From: Octopus vulgaris
Taxonomy: Eukaryota
Reading direction: 5' to 3'
NCBI GenBank assembly: GCA_951406725.2
Contig: OX597821.1
Coordinates: 69,316,001-69,380,000, forward strand
DNA length: 64,000 nucleotides
Shown piece after piece: positions 26,917 through 41,419 of the stretch (its first letter is position 1; every line of letters starts with the position of its first letter). The notes under the pieces are model-generated. The model did not search any database and was not told the origin of the DNA. It saw only the letters and a list, made by a program, of their open reading frames with translations. The position numbers and the translations under genes are program-made.

Positions 26917-28331
26917 GGGGTCTGCGCAGTTTCTATCAACCCAATTCCACTCAGAAGGCTTAAGATGAATCGAGGTTATGGTAAAAGATACTTCCCATAG
27001 ATGCTATGCAGTGAGATGAAAGCTACAAACTACTTTGTGATTGTAGAGTCAACTCATACATTTGGCCGTGTAGCATCCACGCGTTCAATGAATGAGTGTG
27101 TCTCTACATGTGTGCACATACACATATACACACACATACACAATTTTATAGATTTTTAAAAAATCACATGGTTTCTTTCTAATTATTCAACATAATATGA
27201 ATATGCATACGTCATTATCATCATTATTATCATCATCATCACCCATCTTCAATGCTGACATGGGTTGCACGGTTTAAGGGGATCTGATGAGTTGGGGGTA
27301 TGGTTTCATGCTCCAGGATTCTACAGCTGGTTGCCCTTCTCTAACACCTACTGCTTCACAAAGCATAGCGGAACCCTATTCTGTGGAAGGTTGCCATGCT
27401 ATCTGTTTCAAGTCTGACAAGTTGTATCTTCGTACCTTACATACTATTAACTGTTTGGTAGTTTACTTATTGCAAGAAACCTTTGATTTATCTCTACCAC
27501 TGCATTGCTCACAGTTAACTGGATATGTGTGCCTTCATACACTGCTCTGCACTTTAAATTTTCATAATTTCGAATATGAGGAAGCTATCTTGATGGGGTT
27601 GTACATCTTCCTTTTGTTTTGCTCTTTCTTCTTTGGATTTAGTTTTTTTTCATATAGCTTTTTTTAATTATTATTAATGTTTTATTACTGTAGATTTTCT
27701 TTAACCTAGTTGTTGTTGCTTTCATTCTTCTTCTTTGAATTAGGCTATTATTGATAGGATTTTGATTTGTATCTAATAGCATCAGACTATTGGATGCTGG
27801 TATCTCAAGAAACTAGTGTTGCTTTACTTGACTATATGACCTATATTATTTATGTTTTTATATACATGGAGAGCAGTTTGTTGAAAGTGTTTTGTTGTTT
27901 CCTTTTTTCTTTTCAAAGAACAGTGCCTCCTCTTCCTATCAGTCTCTATTACAATTTAATGTCTTCATCCCACTAGCAGCTTCTAATCTCTCTTCCCCTC
28001 TCATCTATTGATAATATTTTTTTACATCAATACTTATAACACTATTTACACTAATACCTTTTATCATTGGTTCAAACTCTTCTGTTCCTCTGACAGATTT
28101 CCATCCAGCCCCCTCTTCCTTCATCATGGTACCACAGTAACAAGCTCTCTTTCTCTCTCTCTCTCTCTCTCTCCCTCCCTCCTGCTCTTTCCCCGCTCTC
28201 TCTCTCTTGTTATCTAGAGCTACATGGTGCGTTTTGTGCCAGGTGAAGCAAGTACAATCATGTAGTAATATAAACATCACACTGATCCTGCATCAAGTCA
28301 CATTCTTTTCCATTTCAATGTTATTGCAAGC

Positions 28332-28403
<72 letters not shown>

Positions 28404-28829
28404 ATGCTTTCTTCACAGCAAAATATCATTGTTAATGATAGGTCAATCTATCATTGTGTTGAATTTAGCTCTTCACCATCCCAACTTACTGATGCATGTG
28501 TAGGGGGTGCTATAAAACGGGTGTATAATGTAGTTGACTGTAAACTTTTCAATGCTGTTATCATGTCTATAAGAGAGAAAAAAAATAATAATAAACCCAG
28601 AAATATGTTGAGCCTATTTTTTTTTTCCTTTGTAAGGTTGATTCAGAAATATTCTTAGAATAATATTTTATCAGATAGGGGATTCTGATGTGTCTGCCTA
28701 TCCTCAGGTAGTACATGCTACTTAAATAAACTGCTAATGTATCCACTTTTGACAGTTTCAACTCTGATCTTTGCTATTATCTTGTTTTCTTTTGTTTGCA
28801 TTTCTCTTCATATACAATATACATAGTGT

Positions 28830-28862
<33 letters not shown>

Positions 28863-29414
28863 CTGGTATGTGTGGGTGTGTGAGAAGACTGTCTTCTGCT
28901 GTATGGTCTGTTTTGGTTTTGGTTTCTACAGCTGAATGCCCTTCCTAATGCCAACCACTTTACAGTGTGTATTAGGTGATCTTTTTAAGGTGCCAGCACT
29001 AGTGAGGTTGCCATGTAACTTGCAAGACTAAGTGGCCCTCAAGAGCCCCTATAACTGAAGGAAAATAGAAAAGTGGGTGCAGTGACTTTAAGTAAGTTGA
29101 TGAGAGAGGGTAGAATGCGGTGTGATGAACAGATATATAGTTGTAAGAGGCGGGGTGATAGTAGAGAGAGTAACAGAGTAGACATTGTTGTGGGAGGGAG
29201 AACGGAAGGGAGAGGGGAAAAGGGAAGGATTAATGCCTGGTTAGTAAAATAAGGAAGATCAGAGTAGAAAGGGTAGTAAGGTAAGGAACGTAGTAGTGGA
29301 GTTCCAGGGTTGCCCTATATGATGAGGATGTGCATGGTTGGAAGGTGTGAGAGAAATGGAAATTATGTGAATTCATATTATATTAAGGTAGAACCATCCA
29401 AATTTGGGAAATTT

Positions 29415-29636
29415 TATTGAGGGAGAGCTGAAAAATTCCTGGCTCTGGGTAAAAGAAAATACAGGAGGACCAGGTAATTATGATTTTACTCAAATACTCC
29501 TCTCTAAGATTCACACACTTATTGCAGCAGTCCTTCAGTTTTTCTAAGCCCTGTAAAAGAACTCCAGAAGTTGGGCCTCCAATCAGGGCCTTTCATGACA
29601 CCCTTAAAGCCAGGAATGTTTCAGCATCCCCTAGTA
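29415..29636. mobile_element. Mariner-like MITE
   Basis: Imperfect TIRs gagggagagctgaaaaattcctggct / agccaggaatgtttcagcatcccc, TA ends. Confidence 0.7.
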
Positions 29637-29747
29637 TTTATGACCTTGATCAGGTGTTATTGTAATTGTTGTTAATTTTAATAAACACACTATGTTAAGA
29701 TGAAGCCCTTAATTATATTCTCTCTCTTTTTCTCTTTGCTCTTTCAG

Positions 29748-29943
29748 GTATATGTTACAGCAGACCACAGATTTAACACGTTGGCTGAATTAGTTCACCA
29801 CCATTCTATTCATGCAGATGGTTTAGTTACTACACTCTTATATCCGGCACCAAAACGAAACAAACCAACAGTATTTGGTTTCAGTCCGGAACCAGACAAG
29901 TGGGAAGTGGAGAGGACGGAGATTGCTATGAAGCATCGACTAG
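29748..29943 (+). CDS. Abl: Abl-family tyrosine kinase exon: SH2 C-terminus, SH2-kinase linker, start of kinase ([20 protein letters not shown]...[33 protein letters not shown])
   Basis: Pyrimidine tract and tttcag acceptor, G|gtaag donor, 196 nt. Translation closely resembles Abl SH2/linker ([24 protein letters not shown]). Confidence 0.97.
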
Positions 29944-30736
29944 GTAAGCTCAACTAACTCTTCACTTCTTGACCAGCTTTCCTCCCCATTTCTCTCTCAG
30001 CTTAACCATTCCTCATATATTCCTTGACTTCACATCATCTGCTACTTCCTCAATTTCTCCCCTTTCTTTTCTATAGCACAGCCTCTCTCTCACAACCTTT
30101 CAGTTGAATCCTATAATATCTGCATCATTGTTTATTCTTTTGTCAGCCTGGACACTAGTTATAAAGTAAGGAATCAAACTTAGATACCTAACAATAATAC
30201 ATGGTCAGTCTCAACACTGTCCAGTCAGGTTTGGGCACTGTTTTTTTTCAAATCTGAGCACTGTCTGGTCTGGTCAGGCCTGGCTGGACATTGTCTAGTT
30301 ATGTCAGGACAGTGTCTCATCAGGTCTGAGTAGCATCCAGTTAGGTTCCTCTGTTTCTAAGACTGAAGCAATCTCATCAAGGAATGCCTATCAAAACCTT
30401 ATGGTATAGCTGAAATAACACATCATTATCATTTAATGTCCATTGTCCATGCTGGCATAGGTTGGACAGTTTGACCAGGGCTGGCACGCTGGAAGGCTGC
30501 ACCAGACTCCAGTCTGATTTGGCATGGTTTTCTATACCTGGATGCCCTTCCTGATGCCATCCACTCCGAAAGTGTAATGGGTGCATTTACGTGCCATTTA
30601 CATGACACTGGTATCTACCACAAACACATATTTGTGTTTGATAAACTGTCTACATAACTGTCACATACTGGTGTTGTGTATGCTGTCTACATACCTGTTA
30701 TATACTGTCTATATGAGTGTGTGTGTGTTTAATAAA

Positions 30737-31055
30737 GGCTTGTGGTTTAGTGGTTAGGATATTCAGTACAAAATTGTAAGTTCCTGAGTTCAATTCCCAG
30801 TGGTGCATTATGTCCTTGAGCAAGACACTTTATTTCATGTTCTTCCAGTCTACTCATCTAGAAAAAAGGAGCAGTACCTGTAATTCTAAGGAACCAGCTG
30901 TGTCACATTGTATCACGCTGAATCTCCCTGATAACTACATTAAGGGTACCTGTGTCTCTGGAGTGCTCAGCCACTTGTACATTAATTCCACAAGCAATTG
31001 TTCCATTTATCAGACCAACTGGAACTCTCGTCATCACAACCAATGGAGTGCCACT
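30737..31055 (+). mobile_element. SINE with family A head/core and a different tail
   Basis: Homologous to 59073-59375 (+) and 26365-26590 (-). Confidence 0.7.
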
Positions 31056-34000
31056 CATATATATATATATGTTATACATTCCAGCCATAACTATATCACC
31101 TTAATATATCCAGGATTAATGATGCAGTGTGTCCTTCATTATCTAAGAGATAAGAAATATTTAGCTGCTGTTTCTAGTAGAATGAATGACCACATTGAAC
31201 CTTCTCGTTTGTGTGTGTATGGGATGGGGATGTCACACTTTCCTCCATTCATCACCAAAGTTTCATGTCAAAATAATTATGCATAATGTAACCACTGTTG
31301 GTGTATGGTTTACCAGCAGCTAGTATTCTGTAGATAGCATTCATTATGTAATGTTCTTAGACAAGATACTCTATTCTAGTTGCAATCCATAGCTAAGAAA
31401 TGGATGGCAAAATCAAGCAACTCTTGAATCTTGTTTCAGTAATGTTTTAATGTAAATCCCTTGTGTAAAGTAAATATACCGTGTTTGAAATAGGTACGTC
31501 ATATTTTGTAATTAGAGGAAGACGATGTCTGTCTTACAAGCCACACATCTAAGGTGTTTGTTCATTTCTAGCAACATTCTGTCAGTCAGGCTCTCTCCAT
31601 CTCCACAGCTTGACACGTTGCAGCCAATTGTTATATAACCGTCTTCTCATGCCTGCACTGGTTATGGGTCACACGACATCTATCACCTTGGCAACAGTAC
31701 AGCTATGTGGTGTCGTCATTTTCATATCCAGCAGAGCATGTTTAACCTTCAAGAACACACTTCGTTATGTGTGTGTGTGTGTGTCTGCTGATGTGTATAG
31801 AGAAAGTGATAAGGCGATTGATCTTTTTATATCAATATGGGAGGGTATGTATCTATAAACGGAAGGAAAAAAAAAAGACGAATGTAAAACTGAACTACCC
31901 CTCAAGAGAATTAAACCACACACACACACCTCATGCTGACATACCAAATCATCAACACTATTGACAAGTACATCTTACTAGTCAACAGTACATGCCAGGC
32001 TTGATTCTCCTCCGAGAGTTGTTGAATATTTTTCTCTTACATTGTTGCTTACGGATGTATATAATTCAAAAATACAATTACACACACGAATGCATGCACA
32101 TGTGTGTGTGTGTGTATGTGTGTGTTTTACACAGCCTTGTTTAGAGTTTACAACACAGTCGCAGAGAAGTGGTATATAGATGTATTTTACATTTTTATAT
32201 TTAGTAATGTCTTAAATCATCCGTACCATAATTTCAGGCTTATATCTGAGTGGATGTTAATCCAGCTTGATTTGATGATATTCAGTGTTATATCCAGTTG
32301 GATTAACAACATCCCTAGCATTTTTCCATGCTGGTATCCCTAAGGATACCAACATAGAAAAAATGTTGCTGATCTAATGGTGAAAAACATCATCATCAGC
32401 AATTTCTTTCTATATCTGATTTCTTCTTTTATTTCTTTTTTTTTGTCTTTCCCAAGATATTAAGCTTTGTTAATAGTAATCACTATAATGGTGTATCAGT
32501 TAAAGATATTGTTACTAAATATAACACATATACATATAAATATGTGTAAACACACATAAATGTTTATCACTGAGCTGTAAGATTAAAAGGTTGTAAAGAT
32601 TTACTAAGTGAACATGAGTTCAAACATTGCTTTAGGCATTGTTTTATTGTTGTTGATAGTACCAGTCTAGAGCTGTGGATTAGCAGAACTGTTTGAGTAT
32701 CAGACAAAATAACATTCAGTATCTGTTTCAGTTCTTTTTTGATGATGAATGGCTGTGCCTATAACAACATTGGTGCCAAGTTGTACCATTCTTACCTTTT
32801 ACATTGATGTAGGAGGAGAGGCTTCCAAGCAAGGGCTACTGGCAATTACATCCACCCTCCTCAAAACCCCCTTCACGCAGACCTGCACCTTCAAGAAGAA
32901 CCTTCTGGGTGCAGATACAAATATTGTCCTTTAACTCATTGACTGTGAAATTAAATTTCATGATGCCAGCACAGCTGTCCAACCCATGCCAGCATGGAAA
33001 ACGGACGTTAAACGATGATGATGATTCCTGTAATGATGTTAAATATCTACCAAAAAAATAGAATTCTTATTTTCTGTAAGTTATGTTGCCTCACTAAACT
33101 TGATATTTCTCAACAAAAAAATAGTTTCAAACATGACATGTCTTGACAAAAGATGGATTGGTATATAAACCACTTTCTGTAATTAAGGGTAATGAAATTT
33201 TGAGTGGATATATCTGATTTCTGCAGTAAAAGGATTAATTGAACAAATGACACAGGCCATTGATTATCATTGATAATCACAGTTGTGTCATAAACTTATC
33301 CAATTAACCACTGCCATGCAACATCTAAAACTAATATATGTATATAACCACTATCATCACCACCACTACTGCCACTGCTAATACTGTGGCTGACATGAAT
33401 TGTTGAGGTACACAGTCTATACCACTGCTACATCTATTTCTAACTCTCCAACTATGAAGGGTGACATCAGTGCGTTTTTCATACAGGTATCACCCAACTT
33501 CTTGGCCAAAGTATATAGAGATAGATGTGTGTCTTATCTAGGGAGCACAATATAATATTTATACAGGACTTGAACATTTGATGTACCAACTGTATCAGAA
33601 ACTACCTGACCATAGTCCTATAATAGTCTACTTAAATATTCCCCTCCTCCCTCTCTCACCATATACACACTCAACGTGGCCATGTGATGAATAAGAAGAT
33701 TTATTTTACAATCCTATGGTTCTCAGTTTGATCCAACTCTGTAGCATTTTGGATGAGTAATTTCTACCACAAGTTCAGATGAATCTGAGCCTTGTGAGTT
33801 AAGCCCAGTTGACAGAAACTTTGTGCAAGCCTCTTCTGTCGATCAAATCTGTTTTTGAGTGGCAGACTTAATCTGCCATCTGATATAACACTCCCATCAG
33901 CTCTTGGATGCCTTCAGTGGAGGGAGGCCACTCTGTTTACATGGAGTTGAAGCAGGTTTCCCATATTGCAGCAACTTATGAATCAAATCATTGTTTCTTT

Positions 34001-35489
34001 CATTCCTTTTCTCCGTCAGTCATACAGACACTGGAAAAAGGTCACTGTGTTTCCATTCCCCGTTTGACTAAGCTATGAAAAAGAAAAATACACACAAATC
34101 CTTAGATTAACACACATGCACACACACTCTCTCCACTCTCCCTGTCTCTCTTCCTTTCCCACCTCCTTTTCTCCCTCTCTCCTTTCCCCTCTTTCTCTTT
34201 CATCACTGATATTTCATTTGCAATTACTTGTACTTATATATACAATCACCATTTTTCTATGAGATCCATAAAATTTGGGTCTGTGCCAAACTTGAAGGGT
34301 GACTCAACCATTTAGAAGGTCAAATACTGCGGCAGCAGCTGACCTACCCAATCCAAACTGGGGAAGTGCATCATTATTATTCTAAAATCTAGATCATTCT
34401 AACAGCACCATATAGAGACCAGTGCTGACTTTCAGTTTCTCTTAGGTTGTTATTTTTAAAACTAAGTTCTCATTGATCAAATGGGCCCCGGGTCAGAAAT
34501 ATTCCATCTGTAATCTCCCTTTTTTTTTCTTTTCTTTCATGCATACCATATCTAGGGTTATACATGATCTCTTTTGTTTAAGACAGGGTGCAATATGTGG
34601 GTATTTTGGCTGCTATTACTAGCAGGTTGAGCGACTGCAAGAGGTTTCTTTGTTGGCTAGAATTTCTTTTAAGCTAAGTGGATGAGGACTAATACATCTT
34701 TTCACTGTTGTTGTTTGGCCCCAAATTTCCTATAATTAAGCAGACTTATGATCAAATCAGATTGATCATTAATATTAGGTCTGGTTTGAAAATGTCTTGG
34801 GCAAACACCATTTCCACTGACCATATAAATTAAATCTTATCAAACTAGAACCTCTGAACCTCTACATGGTTGCTTGGCCTGCAAGAAATGGGAGCTGAAT
34901 TTTCTCAAATCTCACCCTTACTATTTTAAAAACGAAGAACACATTTGTCAGGTTATGGTCAGCTTGGGACAACAACAACAATAATAAAAAAAAAAGAATT
35001 TTTTATTTTTGAATGTCGTATCAAATAACTTGAAAATCATGTCAGCTTTGTTGAGAAACTGTGGATTTGGAATTGTTTGCACTGACATTGTTCTCTAAAA
35101 ATGTCTTCCCCACTCTTTTTCTACATTGGTGAAAGCCAGCAGTTGTCATAGCAACTTGTAACTTCATTTTCATAATGTAATCTGATTATTATTAAACTAT
35201 TTCTCTGATTGAAAGTTATCAAAGCATTGATGTTGTTGTTCCTTTGATCTTAACATTCTTGCCTCTCCGTGGTGCTGTGTGGATCGGTGAGTGGATGCAG
35301 TGGCTCTGTGTGTTTGATGCTGTAGTACTGGACGTGGTGGTGGTGTTGGTGGGGATAAAAGAATTTATAGTATATGTTATGATAGTGGTGTTGGTGGTAG
35401 TGATGGTAATAGAGGTCAAGATGAGGAGATCTAAGAAATATAGTAGTGAGGTATCACCTTCAGAATGTAATTGTAGAAGACACATACAG

Positions 35490-36320
35490 GATGTAGTGAT
35501 GAAAGACAGCTATAGAATATAGTTGTGAAAGACAGCTAAAGAATATTGCCTGGAAGATAGCTACAAAGTGTAGTAGTCGGGGGGTGGGTGGCTACAGAGA
35601 TTAGTGATAGAAGACTGCTGTGGAATGTGGTTGTGTGGAGGCACCTCTAGAATATTGTTGTGGGAAGGCACCGACAGAATGTGGTTGTGGAGGATAGTAA
35701 TAGAATGTAGTGATGAGAAATAGCTACTGAATGTACTATCAGGAGACAGTTGCAGAGTGTAGTTGTGGAGGGCAGTTATAGGGTATAGGTGCTGGTAGGA
35801 GACAGCTATGGAATATAGTTGTGGAATACAGCAGCTAGAAAATGTAGTTGTGGAAGACAGCTACCAAATGTAGTTGTGGAAAAAAGCTAGAAAATGTAGT
35901 TGTGGAAGACAGCTAAGAAATGTAATTGTGGAAGACAGCTAGCAAATGTAGTTGTGGAAGACAGCTTGGAAATATAGTTGTGGAAGACAGCTTGGAAATG
36001 TAGTCGTGGAAGACAGCTAGGAAATGTAGTCATGGAAAACAGCTAGGAAATGTAATTATGGAAGACAGCTAGGAAATGTAGTTGTGGAAGACAGCTAGGA
36101 AATGTAGTCTTGGAAAACAGCTAGGAATTATAATTGTGGAAGACAGCTAGCAAATGTAGTTGTGGAAGACAGCTAGGAAATGTAATTGTGGAAGACAGCT
36201 AGAAAATGTAGTTGTGGAAGACAGCTAGGAAATGTAATTGTGGAAGACAGCTAGAAAATGTAGTTGTGGAAGACAACTCCTAGATATAGTTGTAGAAGAG
36301 AAGACAGCTATAGAATGTAT
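35490..36320 (+). repeat. 26-bp minisatellite, consensus gtagttgtggaagacagctaggaaat
   Basis: Well-conserved contiguous units ~35815-36295, degenerate ~25-bp units upstream. Confidence 0.95.
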
Positions 36321-36724
36321 CAATGATTTATGGTACAACTAAGGGGTTTAGTGGTGGGAAACTGAAAGAGACAGCTTCAAAATGTAGTGATGTGTGGGAG
36401 CTACAGGATTTGTGGTGGAGGGGATTTACTACATGTGCTATCCACAAGTATACAATGTAGTTGTTGCAATGTACATTTGTTACAAATTCTTGGCCACACA
36501 ATCTCTGATGATCACTCAATGTATCTCATTTTCTAAACCTCTTCTATACTAAACATTTTATTCAGTTCTGCCATCTCATAAATGTTACCGTCAGGATTTT
36601 CATCTCTGCTTACATTTCCCTCCCGCAAACACTGACCTACAGATATGAAGGTGAATATCTACTGCAGGCTTGAAAGTTTTAAGAAGTCACAGATTCTGTC
36701 CTTTCCGCTTCCTCTGACCATCTT

Positions 36725-36950
36725 TACCCTTTAGTATTCAGATTATTTTGTCAAATCTAAAGCTCATTTATTCGCATTGCTTTGAATTAATCATAAATTA
36801 TCTTGTAGCTTCAAGATTTCGATGATGTGGTTGTTCATTTTTAGAATGACACTGTAGGATAGGTGTGAAAGACCAGATCTGGCCAGTTTGAACATAAAGC
36901 TGGTCAAATATTTTGGTCAGATACGGCCAGTTTAAACGTTAAAGGATTAA
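36725..36950. mobile_element. TTAA-ended MITE, ~100 bp upstream of the P-loop exon
   Basis: ccctttag ... taaaggattaa ends. Homologous to 1727-1946. Confidence 0.6.
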
Positions 36951-37054
36951 ATATATACAAAAAAGTGGCAGGGAGACATATATCCAAAACGAGGGCATTG
37001 TGTAAGACGAGGGAAGCAATTATAATTGGACCCTTTTCTCTTGTTTTCATCAAG

Positions 37055-37131
37055 GTGGAGGACAATATGGAGACGTTTATGAAGCTGTATGGAAGACATA
37101 CAATAAAACAGTAGCTGTGAAAACTCTCAAG
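37055..37131 (+). CDS. Abl: Abl kinase exon: P-loop and catalytic Lys ([26 protein letters not shown])
   Basis: ttgttttcatcaag acceptor, aag|gtaagt donor, 77 nt, phase matches upstream exon. GxGxxG and VAVK motifs. Not in the ORF track. Confidence 0.97.
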
Positions 37132-37424
37132 GTAAGTACATTATTTATGTATAAATTCTGTAGTCTTAACTATTTTCTCTGATCCATTCTGGACTGATTA
37201 CTCTGGGACATCTTTCACTGTATAGTTTTTATTTCACTTGTTATCAAACATTGTGTGTGGGTATGTGCATCTGTTGTTATTGTCATTGATTAACTTCCAG
37301 CTCTATCCTGACTGAGCAATATCTATGAAGAAAGGTGTTCCAGCTGTGACCATCACACCTTTTATTCAATGGAACCTACCTTTTTATAAGTGTGTTTTTT
37401 TTTTTAAGGCATGGTGTGATTTAA

Positions 37425-37887
37425 CCCTTTTGTTACCAACCCAGCCGAAACTGGTTCTGGTTTTGCAATACAATGTCTTGTTTTCATAAGTTTTGAATTA
37501 AAATCTTCCACCAAACCTTAGTCCAACCCATGCCAACATGGACAACGGACATTAAATGATGATGATGATATATATATATAATTACAGTGATCTTCATACT
37601 AGCACAAGGCTACTTATTTTGAAAGAGAGAACAGTCAATCTACATCGACCCTGGAGGGATTTGAACCCAGAACATACATGGACATAAATAAACACTGAAG
37701 TATTTTGTCTGGCAACAGAAAACAACTGAGATGTTGCTACAAAAAGCATTCATTATGTGGCCTATATTACATCCAAATCTCCAAACCTCCATTTAGATTA
37801 TTTTTCTCATGACCTCTGTGCTTCAATTAGTTTCAAAAATATTGGAGCAATTGGGGGGAAAATTCAAGTAGGTTGGTAACAAAAGGG
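37425..37887. mobile_element. piggyBac-like MITE with perfect 17-bp TIRs and TTAA flanks
   Basis: ttaa-cccttttgttaccaacc ... ggttggtaacaaaaggg-ttaa. Confidence 0.75.
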
Positions 37888-40599
37888 TTAATCCTTGCTA
37901 ATGTATGAGTCCTGAAAACTCTTTACCCATATCAAACATGTTTTATTTTATTGGCAAACACCCAGAGATCAATCTGTTACACTTCTGCCATGCACTGTCT
38001 GACCAGAATTAAGTGGGACAATCTGCTTACATCTTGCATCCATTGTGAGATTTGTCTCCTGCCTCATTAATATTATTGAAACTAGTGGTACATACATACA
38101 TATATAAACATGAATACACACACCTATATACATTTATGTATATGTGTGTGTGTGCGTGTGTGTGTGTATGTATGTATGTATATATGTGTGTGTGTATATG
38201 TATATATATATATATATATACACACACACTTCCAGAGAGAGAGAGAGAAAAGAAGGACCATTGTGCTTCTTGAATTGGATTTACAAACTTAGCTTAATAA
38301 CCTTGATAACTGTTAAAAGAAGTTTTTAGGGAGAGAGGAGGTATTTTAAATTAGCCACTTTAATCATGTAATTATATTATTTTAAAGTTAATTATTGTTT
38401 AACTCAATTTATTTTGGATATGTTGTTAATTGCTAATTGTCAGATTTCATTGCTACTTTTCTCCAGGAGGCAGCGTTCACTTCCGTTTTGGTTCACTGCA
38501 AAATTCCTGGGCCAATTCCATTATGAGACATTCAGGTCATAAGATCCGCTAAATGTCACTAAGTATTTTAATCATTCATTTAGAGCTATGTTAAGAGGTT
38601 GAGAGCTTTTTTTATATAATTTAATATTCATATCTATTGTTAGCCAGCTCGAAATGGTGATTAATCTTTCCTTGAAAACAAAATTGTTTGAAAGTTCACA
38701 AATTAATATGTTATTTGTTCTTTAAAGTCTCCTGATAATTCATTGTTATTATGAATAAATAAAGGATTATTTTTATAATTATATTTTAATATGAAAAACA
38801 ACACCACTGTATTTCCTTATTAATACTATTAACATGGTTAGCATGAGCTGCTCTACTTGTTTTATTGTGAAGTGCCCCAGGGAAAGGCATACACTAACTG
38901 CAACTACCCTCTCACTTCTCCTCTTTTCCTTAAGACTTTAATGCCTGTCTTAGGAATAATGTTTTTGCTGAATTCCCACTAACTTAGAACGTGCAGCTCT
39001 CAGTAGCACAAGAATTGTTGGGTGGATAGCAGTTTCTTGAATCTGTGAAATTAGTTATTTTCTTGTTCTTTGTGACATTTTTGGTAAAACACTCTTCAAA
39101 ATATTACAACTAAAATAGAGCAAATTAAAAAAAAAAAAAATACAAATTTCAAAACTCGTTGAAACTCATGTTGATATTTCCTTTTTGAAAATCTAAAAAA
39201 TTTTTTAAATTAATATAATGATGTGAAATAGTCAGTTATATCAGACTACTGATGTAGAACCAAAAATTTTAACTAAGCCATAGATTATAATACTATATCT
39301 CTTTTGGCTTACAGTTTTCAAGTTTAGCCAGCCTCCTCTGATGGTAGATCTATTTTGATCTATGTTAAACAGCGTTAATTTTTCTAGTGGTTTTGACATT
39401 AGGGATCCTGATCTTGTCAAATTACATATTCTAACTACCAAGACCATACTCTTGGAGTGGTTGGCATTAGGAAGGGCATCCAGCTGTAGAAACTCTGCCA
39501 GATCAAGACTGGAGCCTGGTGCAGCCATCTGGTTCGCCAGCCCACTGTCAAACTGTCCAACCCATGCTAGCATGGAAAGCGGACGTTAAACAACGATGAT
39601 GATGAAGGTATTTTTAAAATGGAAGAATCAATCACACTATAGAAGATAATGTGATAGGGTGGTTGTTGGCTCCATAATAATTTGTCAAGGGCCACTAATA
39701 GCCACAAGTTTTCCAAACAGATGCACAGTGAGTTTGAGTGAGAAGAACTAGGAGTCCATCACTCTTAGACTGGTCTTACCTTGTTGTGTATTTGTTCTTA
39801 AGTATTTATGTTACTGTACTATTATTTGATATTTGTTGACCCAGTGCTAACTTCCCTTATTCTTTTGACACATCTTGTTTCTGTTCTACTGGGATTCTGG
39901 TAACACTCCTCACCAGGCTAGCTTGGTGAGGCTGCTGGTTTAAGTGGCAATTCCCAATCAGGTAACTAGTTACATAGTGATATATGCGTCCTTTGCATAG
40001 CTGTGATGACTCTTTCAAAATGTAGTTGTTTTAGCCTTGTCACACGACCTCAAATTAAATCCTTTGCTAAACAAGTACAATTCACGTAACCAACATCATT
40101 TAGCATCCATTTTTCATGCGGGCATGAGTGGGATGGTGTGGCAGGATCCTGCAAGCTGCAGGGGCTATATCAAGCTCCGATGTCAGTTTTGACATCATTT
40201 CTATAGCTGGAATCCCTTCCTAACTCCAACCCCTTTATAGTATGTACAGGGTGCTTTTTTCATGCCTCTGACACCAGTGAGGTTACCAAATAACTTGCAA
40301 GACAAAAAAATGAACAGGTAAAAGCTCCCTTGTTTAAGGGGAAGGCATAATATTTAACAGTGGGGGTGGCTTTATGCCAGGCATTGAGAGTTTAGAGAGA
40401 CAAACACAGATGTTATACTATAGAGCAGATACATAGCTACCCAACATTATATGAAACTTAAAAAAAAAATTCAAAAGTGGACTTGTAATGCAAACAGTCT
40501 TTGAAATTTTCAGTGTTTTTGCCCGAGAAATTTATTATGAAACAAGATTTGTGAGAATTTAATTTTAATATTCTGTTTCATGTTTGTTTTGTGTTGTAG

Positions 40600-40684
40600 G
40601 AAGATACCATGGCTTTAAAAGACTTTCTTGAAGAAGCTGCCATCATGAAAGAAATGAAACATCCAAATTTAGTCCAATTATTAG
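40600..40684 (+). CDS. Abl: Abl kinase exon: helix C ([28 protein letters not shown])
   Basis: ttgtag acceptor, G|gtaatt donor, 85 nt, in frame. Confidence 0.97.
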
Positions 40685-40733
40685 GTAATTAAGCAGTCTT
40701 CATATTATTCTTTGTTGATGTCATTGTTTTGAT

Positions 40734-40984
40734 CAGTGGTTCTCAAACAGGGTCCATATGGCCCTTTAGGGTTCTTATAAGATTTTGTTGTTAGAATTTA
40801 TGTGTAATAAATTTGTTATACTTCTACAATACATAAAATATTTTATTTTGTACAATTCCTAATAATATTTAATTACAAAAATATAATAAGATTTTTTAAA
40901 AATATTGAATGGCTATGGGTGTCCATCTGAGTTTTAGATAGGAATCAAAGGGGTCTATAAGCAAAAAATGGTTGAGAACCACTG
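40734..40984. mobile_element. hAT-like MITE 50 bp downstream of an Abl donor
   Basis: TIR cagtggttctcaa / ttgagaaccactg. Flanking 8-mers gttttgat / gtttagac. Partial reversed copy ends at 56100. Confidence 0.8.
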
Positions 40985-41419
40985 GTTTAGACCTATGTCA
41001 GCCCTGATCAGGTAGATCTTTGATCAAAGTTGTTCCATCAATGCAATCTTATCTTTTTTTTCAAGCATACTGTATCTAGTATTACATTTTCCAATGCATC
41101 CTTTTTTAGAGAGTGATTTGAGGGATATTTATTTGCTATTTCTAGCATAGAGGCTCTTATGTTGGTTTATTGTTATTGGTATTGTTGATGCAATAGTGAT
41201 GCTGTGTTTCAAGGTTAATGTTATTAATCTAGTTCAGAATTTAATGATCTTTTCTACTACAAGCACTACACTTGAACTTTCAGTGGGGGAGGGAGCTAGT
41301 TGATACTCAACTGGTACTTATTTCAGTCACCTTGGTGGAATTTGAACTTCGAACATGAAGCCGGAAGAAATGCATCTAAGCATTTTATCTGGTATGCTAA
41401 TGGTTCTTAATTATAATAA

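Noticed and set aside
30200-30345. Degenerate gtc(c/t)agtcagg short repeats
   Set aside because: Too irregular to define a unit or a function.
35490-36320. CRISPR-like regular repeats
   Set aside because: Units are contiguous with no unique spacers, no cas genes, eukaryotic intron.
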